From the sequence record DRR723986_1312: DNA of 64,000 bases. One strand, given 5' to 3'. The position numbers and the translations under genes are program-made. This document shows, piece by piece, positions 19,347 to 27,815 of this stretch; the first letter of the stretch is position 1; each line of letters starts with the position of its first letter. Below the pieces are notes generated by a model. It was not told where the DNA came from. It searched no databases and worked only from the letters and a program-made list of their open reading frames with translations.

Positions 19347-20921
19347 ATGATTAGACCCTATTTAGCCTTCCTTTTTCTGCTTATCGCCTCCGTGTCTCCG
19401 GCGCAAAATAAAAAGCAACCCAACATTATTTACATCATGTCCGATGATCATACCACCCAAGCTGTAGGAGTTTACGGAGGGAGATTGGCGACGTTAAATC
19501 CTACACCTAACTTAGATTATTTGGCCGGTCAAGGGATGCGGTTTGATCTGGTTTTTGCTACCAATTCGATCTGCACGCCAAGCAGAGCCACGATCATGAC
19601 GGGGCAGTATCCCCAAACCAATGGGGTGCTGGATTTGGATGGCGAGCTGGCTCCAGCTAATCAATATCTGCCGCAGGAGTTGAGCAAATTGGGATATTCG
19701 ACTGCGATCATCGGAAAATGGCATCTGAAGCAAGAGCCTGCCGCTTTTGACTACTATGAAGTGCTAGACTCTCAAGGAGAGTATTTAGACCCATATCTCA
19801 TGACCAAAACATATGGGGCTTGGCCGAATAATAAGATCCAGTACGAAGGTCATTCCTCGGATGTAATTACCGATAGGACTTTAGCATACCTACAGCAAAG
19901 AGATAAAACAAAGCCTTTCTTTCTGATGCATCATTACAAAGCGCCTCACGACATGTTCGAATACGCGCCTCGATATGAGGAATATTTGGAGGATGTGGAA
20001 ATACCAGAACCTGCCAGTTTGTATAGTCAGCCTTACTATGGATCTGATGCCACGGTGGGCAACTTAGGAAAGCTAAAGCCGGTAATCGGGACTTCTGTGT
20101 CTGATCGGCATATCTTGCGCAACTACGTGGAGACTTTTGTAAACGATACCGTTCGAGGATTAGAAGGCACTCATCTTGCCTATCAAGAATATCTAAAAAA
20201 GTACCTGCGCTGCGTCAAAGGTGTGGATGATAATTTGGGACGCCTATTTGATTATTTGAAAGCAGAGGGCTTGTGGGAAAATACCGTGATCATCTACACC
20301 GGTGACCAGGGCATGATGCTGGGAGAGCATGACTTGATGGACAAACGTTGGATGCTAGAGGAGTCAATGCGAATGCCCTTTATCGTTCACTATCCTAAGC
20401 TTGTGAAGGCAAACTCCAGCAGTAAGTTATTGATCAATAATACCGACTTTGCGCCAACTATGATCAGCTTAGCGGGTGGGGAAGTTCCCTCGTATATGCA
20501 GGGGAAATCTTTTGCCAACACGCTGGCGGGCAAGACTGAGACGGATTGGAGGGAAGCGACCTACTACCGCTATTGGATGCACATGATCCATCATTGGGTT
20601 CCGGCGCATTTTGGGATCCGAACCGATCGCTACAAACTGATCTTTTACTATGCCAAGCACTACCTGCCGGAGTCGGATTGGAAGAATTTTTATTGGGAAG
20701 GTCAGCTCCGGAGTCTGGGGTATGATACTCCAGTAGCCTGGGAACTCTATGACCTGGAAAACGATCCCAATGAATTGCACAATCGGTATAATGATCCGGC
20801 TTATAAGGACATCGTAGCCAAGCTGAAAGCAGATTTACTTGCGGAAAGAAAAGCATTGAATGAGACGGATGCCAAGTATCCTGAGATCCAAAAAGTGATA
20901 GATGAGCACTGGGAGGATTGA
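19347..20921 (+). CDS. Cys-type sulfatase (S1_11-like)
   Basis: Signal peptide; SDDH, NSICTPSRATIMTG, GKWHL, GDQG, DKRW and YYRYW motifs. Confidence 0.9.
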   Translation: MIRPYLAFLFLLIASVSPAQNKKQPNIIYIMSDDHTTQAVGVYGGRLATLNPTPNLDYLAGQGMRFDLVFATNSICTPSRATIMTGQYPQTNGVLDLDGELAPANQYLPQELSKLGYSTAIIGKWHLKQEPAAFDYYEVLDSQGEYLDPYLMTKTYGAWPNNKIQYEGHSSDVITDRTLAYLQQRDKTKPFFLMHHYKAPHDMFEYAPRYEEYLEDVEIPEPASLYSQPYYGSDATVGNLGKLKPVIGTSVSDRHILRNYVETFVNDTVRGLEGTHLAYQEYLKKYLRCVKGVDDNLGRLFDYLKAEGLWENTVIIYTGDQGMMLGEHDLMDKRWMLEESMRMPFIVHYPKLVKANSSSKLLINNTDFAPTMISLAGGEVPSYMQGKSFANTLAGKTETDWREATYYRYWMHMIHHWVPAHFGIRTDRYKLIFYYAKHYLPESDWKNFYWEGQLRSLGYDTPVAWELYDLENDPNELHNRYNDPAYKDIVAKLKADLLAERKALNETDAKYPEIQKVIDEHWED

Positions 20922-20959
20922 TAGGCTTGTGTGGACGATTTGAAAAAAATCGTCTCTGA

Positions 20960-21802
20960 TCAACGAATAGCAAGATGTTGCTTTCTATACCTCGCCGGAG
21001 TGAGTTGATAGGATTGGTGAAATTTTTTGTGGAAAAAGGGAAGAGATTCAAACCCACAAGAATACGAAATCTGTGCAATGGAATAATCCGAATCCAAAAG
21101 CAAACGCGCGGCGATATTCACCCGGTATTCATTGAGAAAGGTGAAAAATGACCTGCCCATCATTTTGGTGAAAAACCGGGAAAAGGACTGCTCGGACATA
21201 TTGATCAGTTCGGAAAGCTCCCGGAGATAAATCTTTCTTCCATAGTTTTCTGCTACGAAATCATGGATTTTGGCCATACGAGAACCATATTCTGAGGGAA
21301 GATTGTCGATGAAACTTGCCTCAGAGAGTGATTTAAAGTGACAATCCGCCAATCGCTGTAGAAGAGAAAGCAATTGAGTGTATTGTTCTGGAGCAGTGAG
21401 TTCCGGAAGCTTTTTGAAAAGTGGAATTAGCTCAGAGACATCGGCTTTCTCGAAGATGATTCCTTTAGAGGCAGTCTTCAACAGCTGGTGAATAGCTTTC
21501 AGTTCAGGGATTTCAGGGTAAATACCCACATTCCATTGCACCACATAGGAGACTGCTAAGTCGGTTTCGTGAACGCTATTTCTCCAGCAATGAGGGAGAT
21601 TCGAGCGAAGCAGCACGAGTTCGCCGGGTTCGTAGGACCCTACATAATCTCCGATGAACTTGGTGCCGACGCTTTGCTCGATGTAGGTGAGTTCATGTTG
21701 TGGATGGAAGTGCCAAGGAGTTTCGAAGCTTGGTTTCGCAAAGCAAAAGCTCTGAATTGACCTCAAACTACCGAGAGGAATGGGTTCCAATATGGGTTTC
21801 AT
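20960..21802 (-). CDS. AraC family regulator (cupin + HTH), divergent from P450 operon
   Basis: WHFHPQHEL cupin and C-terminal AraC HTH; start moved from 21895 to ATG 21802 (MKPILE, typical family N-terminus). Confidence 0.9.
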   Translation of the reverse strand: MKPILEPIPLGSLRSIQSFCFAKPSFETPWHFHPQHELTYIEQSVGTKFIGDYVGSYEPGELVLLRSNLPHCWRNSVHETDLAVSYVVQWNVGIYPEIPELKAIHQLLKTASKGIIFEKADVSELIPLFKKLPELTAPEQYTQLLSLLQRLADCHFKSLSEASFIDNLPSEYGSRMAKIHDFVAENYGRKIYLRELSELINMSEQSFSRFFTKMMGRSFFTFLNEYRVNIAARLLLDSDYSIAQISYSCGFESLPFFHKKFHQSYQLTPARYRKQHLAIR

Positions 21803-21974
21803 CGTAACATGGATTTGTTCATGAAAATATTCTATTTGGTCTGAAACTACGTGATTTTTTCCAATAGTTGACAGGATAGATAACTTATCTGTCAAAAACG
21901 ACTATTTATCTCAATAGAAAAAACCTGATACTTGTAGAGTTGATTACGGATGAAGAAACCCAAAACCTGAACAA

Positions 21975-23138
21975 ATGAAAAAAAGCACTTTTCCTGATCC
22001 CTTTGAAACAGCCAGAAAAGAAGATGGCGTTCTTGAAATAGACGATCAGAATGACAAGGTCACGATGTTGCTGCGGCACAAAGATGTGCGGAAGACAGCG
22101 CATAATTACAAGAGTTTTACTTCAGAGACTCAGCCTGGGAGAATCGTGGTTCCTTCGGAAGTTAGCATTCGGGACACGCGGCAGATACCCTTTGAGGTAG
22201 ATCCGCCGAAGCATGGAGCATACCGAGCCTTGATAGAACCTTGGTTTAGACGTCCTTTGGATCCAGAATATCAAGCTGAACTAACCGCTCAGATTGAGTC
22301 AATCGTCGCGGACGCGCTTTGTAAGCAGATCGTTGAAATTGTGGAAGACTTTGCTCTGCCACTCCAATCCAAGGCCTTGACGCTTTTGCTCAATACCCCT
22401 CTTGAGGAGTCGGAGACTTGGATTTCTTGGGGTACACACGTCTTCCGTAGTGAGGGAGAAGCACTCGATGGAGACAAGGCGAATGTGCTATATGACTACA
22501 TCGAGGCACAACTCGAACGGACAATTGCGCAGCCCGGTGAGGATTTATATTCGGTTTTGCTCAATTCAGAAGTTGAGGGAAAGAAACTGACCAAAGAGGA
22601 AGCGAAGGGTGTGATGGTTTTGACTTTCGCAGGTGGTAGGGACACAGTGATCAATGCGGTGACCAATGCGATCGCGTACTTTGCCGATCACCCCGAGGGG
22701 CTGGCGCGCTTGGGCCAAGAACCAGAGCTGATCGGGAATGCGGTGGAGGAAATGATCCGATATTTTTCGCCTCTGACGCAAATGGGAAGAGAAGTCACCG
22801 AAGATACACAGGTCTGTGAGCATGCGATCAAAGCGAAAAGCCGGGTTTCACTTTGTTGGGCTTCTGCAAATCGAGACGAAGGGATTTTTGAAAATGCCAA
22901 CGAAATCGTGCTGGATCGGAAGGTCAATCCACATGTCGGCTTCGGCTTTAGTCACCACAACTGTCTTGGTGCTACTCATGCAAGACAAATCATGCGGATC
23001 CTGCTTTCTACACTTTCGCATCAAATAGGAAAAATTGAAATTCTGAGTTCCGAAGACAATATAGAAGACTGGAAGCAGTATCGGCGTAAGGTTGGCTATC
23101 ATCAACTTACTGTAAAACTCAGTCCACTAAACAAGTAA
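21975..23138 (+). CDS. Cytochrome P450, CYP236A-like 6-O-methyl-D-galactose demethylase
   Basis: I-helix AGGRDT, EMIR (ExxR) and heme ligand FGFSHHNCLG; operon layout matches the carbohydrate-demethylating P450 cassette of agar degraders. Confidence 0.88.
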   Translation: MKKSTFPDPFETARKEDGVLEIDDQNDKVTMLLRHKDVRKTAHNYKSFTSETQPGRIVVPSEVSIRDTRQIPFEVDPPKHGAYRALIEPWFRRPLDPEYQAELTAQIESIVADALCKQIVEIVEDFALPLQSKALTLLLNTPLEESETWISWGTHVFRSEGEALDGDKANVLYDYIEAQLERTIAQPGEDLYSVLLNSEVEGKKLTKEEAKGVMVLTFAGGRDTVINAVTNAIAYFADHPEGLARLGQEPELIGNAVEEMIRYFSPLTQMGREVTEDTQVCEHAIKAKSRVSLCWASANRDEGIFENANEIVLDRKVNPHVGFGFSHHNCLGATHARQIMRILLSTLSHQIGKIEILSSEDNIEDWKQYRRKVGYHQLTVKLSPLNK

Positions 23139-23142
23139 TCCC

Positions 23143-23451
23143 ATGGCAAAAATCACTTTTATTACAAGAGACAAACAATCTATTACACTCGAAGGCAATG
23201 CCGGTACGGCGATGGCGCTGGCAGTAGCAAACGGCGTCACAGGCATCGATGGCGACTGCGGGGGCGTTTGCTCCTGCGCGACCTGCCACGTGTATCTTAG
23301 TCCTGAGGGTTTGGAAAGGGCGGGAGCAGCTAGCGAGATAGAAACTGATATGCTCGAATTGGATGACAATGCCAATGAGTTTAGCCGACTTTGTTGTCAG
23401 ATAGAAATCTCAGATGCCATTGATGGATTGGTTTTAAACGTGGCTAGGTGA
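23143..23451 (+). CDS. [2Fe-2S] ferredoxin (putidaredoxin type)
   Basis: CGGVCSCATCH and SRLCCQ motifs. Confidence 0.95.
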   Translation: MAKITFITRDKQSITLEGNAGTAMALAVANGVTGIDGDCGGVCSCATCHVYLSPEGLERAGAASEIETDMLELDDNANEFSRLCCQIEISDAIDGLVLNVAR

Positions 23452-24704
23452 GTCCTGAATTGAAAGAGGCCTCACTTTCACGTTGCGTGGTAGTCGGTGC
23501 TAGCCATGCGGGCGTGAATTTCGCTTTCGCCTTGCGCAAAGAAGGTTGGCTAGGAGAGATCGTGCTGATTGACTCCGATCCACAGCTTCCCTATCATCGC
23601 CCACCACTTTCTAAAACCTATTTGCAAAGCACAGAGGAGAGCGGCTATACCTTGCTGAAAGCGGAAGATAGCTATGCTAAGGAAGGAATCGAGCTGAGGT
23701 TGGGCCTGAAAGTGAACTCGATTGATCGCGAGGGGAAGACGATTGTCCTGCAAGATGAAAGCTCTTTATCCTATGATAAATTAGTCTTAGCGACAGGAGC
23801 GAGGCCGATTATTCCGGCTATTGTTGGGATTCAAGAAGCATCCAATGTTTTTCCGCTACGGACGGCCTCAGACGTCAAGAAAATCCGGGAGGTGCTTAGT
23901 CACACACCAAACCCCAAGGTAGTGGTCATCGGTGGTGGATACATTGGCTTAGAGACCGCTGCTTCGCTCAAAAAATTGGGGGCCTCAGTTTCTGTCTTGG
24001 AGCGGGAAGCCCGAATCCTTTCCCGGATCATGACCTCTGAAATGTCAGACTTTTTTGCGCAGCTACATGCAAAAAACGGGGTAGAAATCTTCACCAATAA
24101 AAACATCACTGCCATCGAAAGCACGGACCATATCGCTGAAGTAATATGCTCAGATGGAGCACGATTTCCCGCTGATTTAATCGTGGTGGGTGTCGGCATT
24201 CATGTCAATACTGAGTTGGCTGCAGGTGCGGGTTTGGAAGTGTCAAACGGCATTCATGTAGATGCTCATGGCCAAACCAATGACCCGAATATCTATGCGA
24301 TCGGGGATTGCACCTACCATCACAATATCCATTTCGATCGTTTTGTTCGCTTGGAATGCGTTCAAAATGCCGTCGATCAGGCGAAAATAGCAGCGGCTGC
24401 TATCGCTGGCAAAGCTGCCGTTTACGATGCTATTCCATGGTTTTGGTCAGATCAGTATGATGTCAAATTGCAGATCGTGGGTCTATCGGAAGGCTTCACA
24501 GAGCTTGTTTTCCGCAGGGAAGAAGGCGATAGAAGTTTCTCAGTCTGGTATTTCCAAGGGGAAAAGTTGCTTGCAGTGGATGCTGTGAATCATGCCAAAG
24601 CCTATGTCTGGGGAACAAAGTTTATAAAAACTAGACAATTACTAGACAAAGCGAAACTCCAAGATTCTAAGCTGGAATTTAAGGCTGCAATCATCTTAGC
24701 TTAA
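23448..24704 (+). CDS. FAD-dependent ferredoxin reductase
   Basis: YHRPPLSK, GGGYIG, IGD and PWFWSDQY motifs; GTGA overlap with ferredoxin. Confidence 0.93.
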   Translation: MSPELKEASLSRCVVVGASHAGVNFAFALRKEGWLGEIVLIDSDPQLPYHRPPLSKTYLQSTEESGYTLLKAEDSYAKEGIELRLGLKVNSIDREGKTIVLQDESSLSYDKLVLATGARPIIPAIVGIQEASNVFPLRTASDVKKIREVLSHTPNPKVVVIGGGYIGLETAASLKKLGASVSVLEREARILSRIMTSEMSDFFAQLHAKNGVEIFTNKNITAIESTDHIAEVICSDGARFPADLIVVGVGIHVNTELAAGAGLEVSNGIHVDAHGQTNDPNIYAIGDCTYHHNIHFDRFVRLECVQNAVDQAKIAAAAIAGKAAVYDAIPWFWSDQYDVKLQIVGLSEGFTELVFRREEGDRSFSVWYFQGEKLLAVDAVNHAKAYVWGTKFIKTRQLLDKAKLQDSKLEFKAAIILA

Positions 24705-24737
24705 CAGAGTCATTAGACAATTTTAAATAAACCCATT

Positions 24738-25856
24738 ATGTCAATTTCTTCTAAAAGTGCGGTAGCAATGGGCGACGGCACTTTTATCATCAGCCCAGTG
24801 ACGCTTTCTGATCCTCAGGAAGACGAGGTCTTGGTAAAGATGAAAGCCGCTGGGCTTTGTCATACAGATTATGATTCCCTCACTTGGGGAAAGCCCATCG
24901 TGATGGGACATGAAGGTGCGGGTATAGTCGAGAACGTAGGCTCTGCAGTGAAACGTGTGCAAGTAGGAGATCAGGTGATCTTGAATTGGGCCACACCCTG
25001 CATGCATTGTTTTCAATGTCAGGAAGGTAATCAGCATATCTGCGAAAACAATTCGCCTGTAGTAGCAGGGGAAAATGGACATACGCCCGGTCATGCCAAT
25101 CTTGCGAGTACGCAGTGGAATGGAAAAAGCATCGAGCGTTCTTTTAACCTAGGCACACTCAGCGAGTATGCCTTAGTCAAGGAATCAGCAGTGGTCAAGG
25201 TCAGTGAGAAAGATCTTAATTTCTCCGCGGCAAGTATTGTGAGTTGCGGGGTGATGACGGGATATGGATCGGTGGTCAATGCTGCCAAGCTTAAGGCTGG
25301 AAGTTCTGCAGTGATCTTGGGATGCGGAGGCGTTGGCCTGAACGTGATTAATGCCTGTGAAATTTCCGGTGCTTCCCGGATCATCGCGATAGACGTGAAT
25401 CCTAACAAGCTAGAGTTCGCGAAGGAATTTGGAGCGACAGATTTGATCCTGGCGGAAAAGGATGATAGTGGACTATTGACAGCTGCGGAACAAGTAAAAG
25501 AGCTTTTGGGTGGAAGAGGGGCGGATTATGCTTTTGAATGCACTGCTATTCCGGCTTTGGGTGCTGCGCCATTGGCCATGGTGAGGAATGCCGGAACGGC
25601 CGTCCAAGTCAGTGGCATAGAAGAGGAAATCAGTATTGATATGAGACTTTTTGAATGGGACAAGATCTACATCAATCCACTTTACGGCAAATGCCGACCT
25701 CAACTAGATTTTCCAAAAATCATCCAGCTCTATAAAAAAGGAGAGCTAAAGCTAGATCAGATGATCACTCGAGAATACGACTTGGAAGACTTACAGCAGG
25801 CATTTGATGATATGCTGGCAGGAAAGAACGCCAAAGGAGTTATTGTTTTCCCCTAA
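24738..25856 (+). CDS. Zn-dependent alcohol dehydrogenase (class III-like)
   Basis: CHTD, GHE, structural Zn CMHCFQC...C, SCGV and GCGGVG motifs. Confidence 0.9.
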   Translation: MSISSKSAVAMGDGTFIISPVTLSDPQEDEVLVKMKAAGLCHTDYDSLTWGKPIVMGHEGAGIVENVGSAVKRVQVGDQVILNWATPCMHCFQCQEGNQHICENNSPVVAGENGHTPGHANLASTQWNGKSIERSFNLGTLSEYALVKESAVVKVSEKDLNFSAASIVSCGVMTGYGSVVNAAKLKAGSSAVILGCGGVGLNVINACEISGASRIIAIDVNPNKLEFAKEFGATDLILAEKDDSGLLTAAEQVKELLGGRGADYAFECTAIPALGAAPLAMVRNAGTAVQVSGIEEEISIDMRLFEWDKIYINPLYGKCRPQLDFPKIIQLYKKGELKLDQMITREYDLEDLQQAFDDMLAGKNAKGVIVFP

Positions 25857-25865
25857 ATCCATACG

Positions 25866-26669
25866 ATGAGCAGTTTCAGAACAATTGAATTATCAGACGA
25901 GAAATTTGAGCAGGATGGATTACGCTTTCTCACCGTGAAAACTCCGAACCTGAAAGGGCGAGGGGATATATGTCTTTTTGTACCGGATGTACTCGAAGGC
26001 ATGACTGATTTGCCGATCTACATCTTGCTGCATGGGGTGTATGGTAGTGCGTGGGTTTGGGCTATGAAAGGCGGGGCGCATCATACGGCTAAGCGAATGA
26101 TGGAGTCCGGAGAGATCCGACCTGCAATTATCGCGATGCCATCGGATGGACTTTGGGGAGATGGTTCTGGGTACCTGAGGCATAGGATAAAGGACTTTGC
26201 GCAGTGGATCGTCTCCGATGTACCCAGGGCTGTCTATGAAAACATCTCTCAGGCCAGCGAAAACTCACCCTTATGCATCACAGGACTGTCGATGGGAGGA
26301 TATGGTGCCTTGCGATTGGGCGCTGAGTTTCCTGATCAATTCAAAGCTATCTCTGCACACAGTGCGATTACCAAATTTTCTGAAATGGGAGATTTTGTGG
26401 AGGAGCCGCTAGACTCATTCGACTTGATGAGTCAGGAGATGGATGTGATAGCTAGTGTAAGCAAGAATACAGCTAAGCTTCCTCCTATGAGGTTTGACTG
26501 TGGCAAATCAGATGAACTCATTGAAGGGAATCGATTGCTGCACACGCAGCTGCTTGAATTGGGAGTGACGCATGAATGCGAGGAGTTAGAAGGAGGACAC
26601 GAGTGGACGTATTGGCAGAGTCACTTGGAGCGTTCACTTCGATTTTTTGATCAAACTAGTTTTAAATAA
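25866..26669 (+). CDS. Alpha/beta-hydrolase esterase (CE1/S-formylglutathione hydrolase-like)
   Basis: LLHG, nucleophile GLSMGG, DCGxxD and GGHEWTYW motifs; no signal peptide. Confidence 0.85.
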   Translation: MSSFRTIELSDEKFEQDGLRFLTVKTPNLKGRGDICLFVPDVLEGMTDLPIYILLHGVYGSAWVWAMKGGAHHTAKRMMESGEIRPAIIAMPSDGLWGDGSGYLRHRIKDFAQWIVSDVPRAVYENISQASENSPLCITGLSMGGYGALRLGAEFPDQFKAISAHSAITKFSEMGDFVEEPLDSFDLMSQEMDVIASVSKNTAKLPPMRFDCGKSDELIEGNRLLHTQLLELGVTHECEELEGGHEWTYWQSHLERSLRFFDQTSFK

Positions 26670-26685
26670 ACCAACGATAAATAAA

Positions 26686-27729
26686 ATGAAATTCACCTTG
26701 AATAACGCTTTTTCCTTGATCTCAGCCGGGATTTTGGGGTCTATGATCGCATTGATCAGTTGCTCAAATGGAGGGATAGATGATGATATTCTCGACCCTG
26801 TACAAAAACCGGATAGCATTCCCGTAGTAGAAACTAATTGGAAGACTATACCTGTACCAGCCAATCCAGGAGAAAATATGAAATGGGAATTCCAGGGATT
26901 TTCAGATGATTTTGAATACTTGGCACCAGCAGCAAACAAAGGCGTTCAATTCTCTGACAAATGGGATGATTTTTACCATAATTCCTGGGCAGGCCCAGGG
27001 CTTACCGAATGGAAACGAGATCACGTACAGGTGAAGGATGGGCAATTACAGCTGCGTTCTTCCAGAAAAGAAGGTACTGCCCTGATAAATCAAGGATGTG
27101 TTACAGGCAAAACCCGCGTGCAGTATCCGGTGTATGTGGAGGCTTATGCCAAGGTGATGAACTCCACTTTGGCCTCCGATGTATGGTTGTTGAGTCCTGA
27201 TGACACACAGGAAATAGATATTGTGGAGGCCTATGGAGGACAGTTCTCAGAGAGTGCGGGGGCAGCGCATACTTGGTATGAAAAGCGAATTCACATTAGT
27301 CATCACGTTTTCATCCGTAACCCATTTGCTGATTATCAGCCAACCGACGCAGGAAGCTGGTACTATGACGGCAGTACGATTTGGAGGGAAGAATACCATC
27401 GATACGGAGTTTACTGGCGAGACCCATGGCATCTGGAGTATTACATTGATGGGAAGCTGGTGAGGACAGTGACAGGGAAGGATATGATTGACCCTAATTT
27501 TTATACGAATAGCGAAGATCCAGGCAATACCGCAAAGGATACCCGAACTGGCTTGAGTAAGGAAATGGACATCATTATTAACACCGAAGATCAGACCTGG
27601 AGATCTAAGCCGGCTTCGGGCAAAAAATCAGATACCTACACTCCTACAGATAGCGAATTGGCAAAGACCGAAGATCACACGTTTAAAGTGGATTGGATTC
27701 GTATTTTCAAACCAGTGTTGAAAAATTGA
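26686..27729 (+). CDS. GH16 beta-agarase, lipoprotein
   Basis: DDTQEIDIVEAYG catalytic motif and SHHVFIR; lipobox LISC from ATG 26686 (preferred to TTG 26647). Confidence 0.9.
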   Translation: MKFTLNNAFSLISAGILGSMIALISCSNGGIDDDILDPVQKPDSIPVVETNWKTIPVPANPGENMKWEFQGFSDDFEYLAPAANKGVQFSDKWDDFYHNSWAGPGLTEWKRDHVQVKDGQLQLRSSRKEGTALINQGCVTGKTRVQYPVYVEAYAKVMNSTLASDVWLLSPDDTQEIDIVEAYGGQFSESAGAAHTWYEKRIHISHHVFIRNPFADYQPTDAGSWYYDGSTIWREEYHRYGVYWRDPWHLEYYIDGKLVRTVTGKDMIDPNFYTNSEDPGNTAKDTRTGLSKEMDIIINTEDQTWRSKPASGKKSDTYTPTDSELAKTEDHTFKVDWIRIFKPVLKN

Positions 27730-27815
27730 GAGTTTGCTTTACCCTTACTAACTGGCGTGAGCCGAGATTATAAATACATTCAACAGCATTCCTAATACTC
27801 TCAAAAATAACTAAA

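Noticed and set aside
20464-21078. 204-aa minus-strand ORF
   Set aside because: Overlaps both the sulfatase and the AraC gene; composition is not protein-like.
24738-26669. Naming the ADH/esterase pair frmA/frmB
   Set aside because: The esterase lacks the LSGLTC motif and glutathione dependence cannot be shown from sequence.
26686-27729. GH16 as kappa-carrageenase, porphyranase or laminarinase
   Set aside because: DDTQEIDIVEAYG and SHHVFIR fit the beta-agarase group better, and GH117 context agrees; a subfamily HMM is needed to exclude porphyranase formally.
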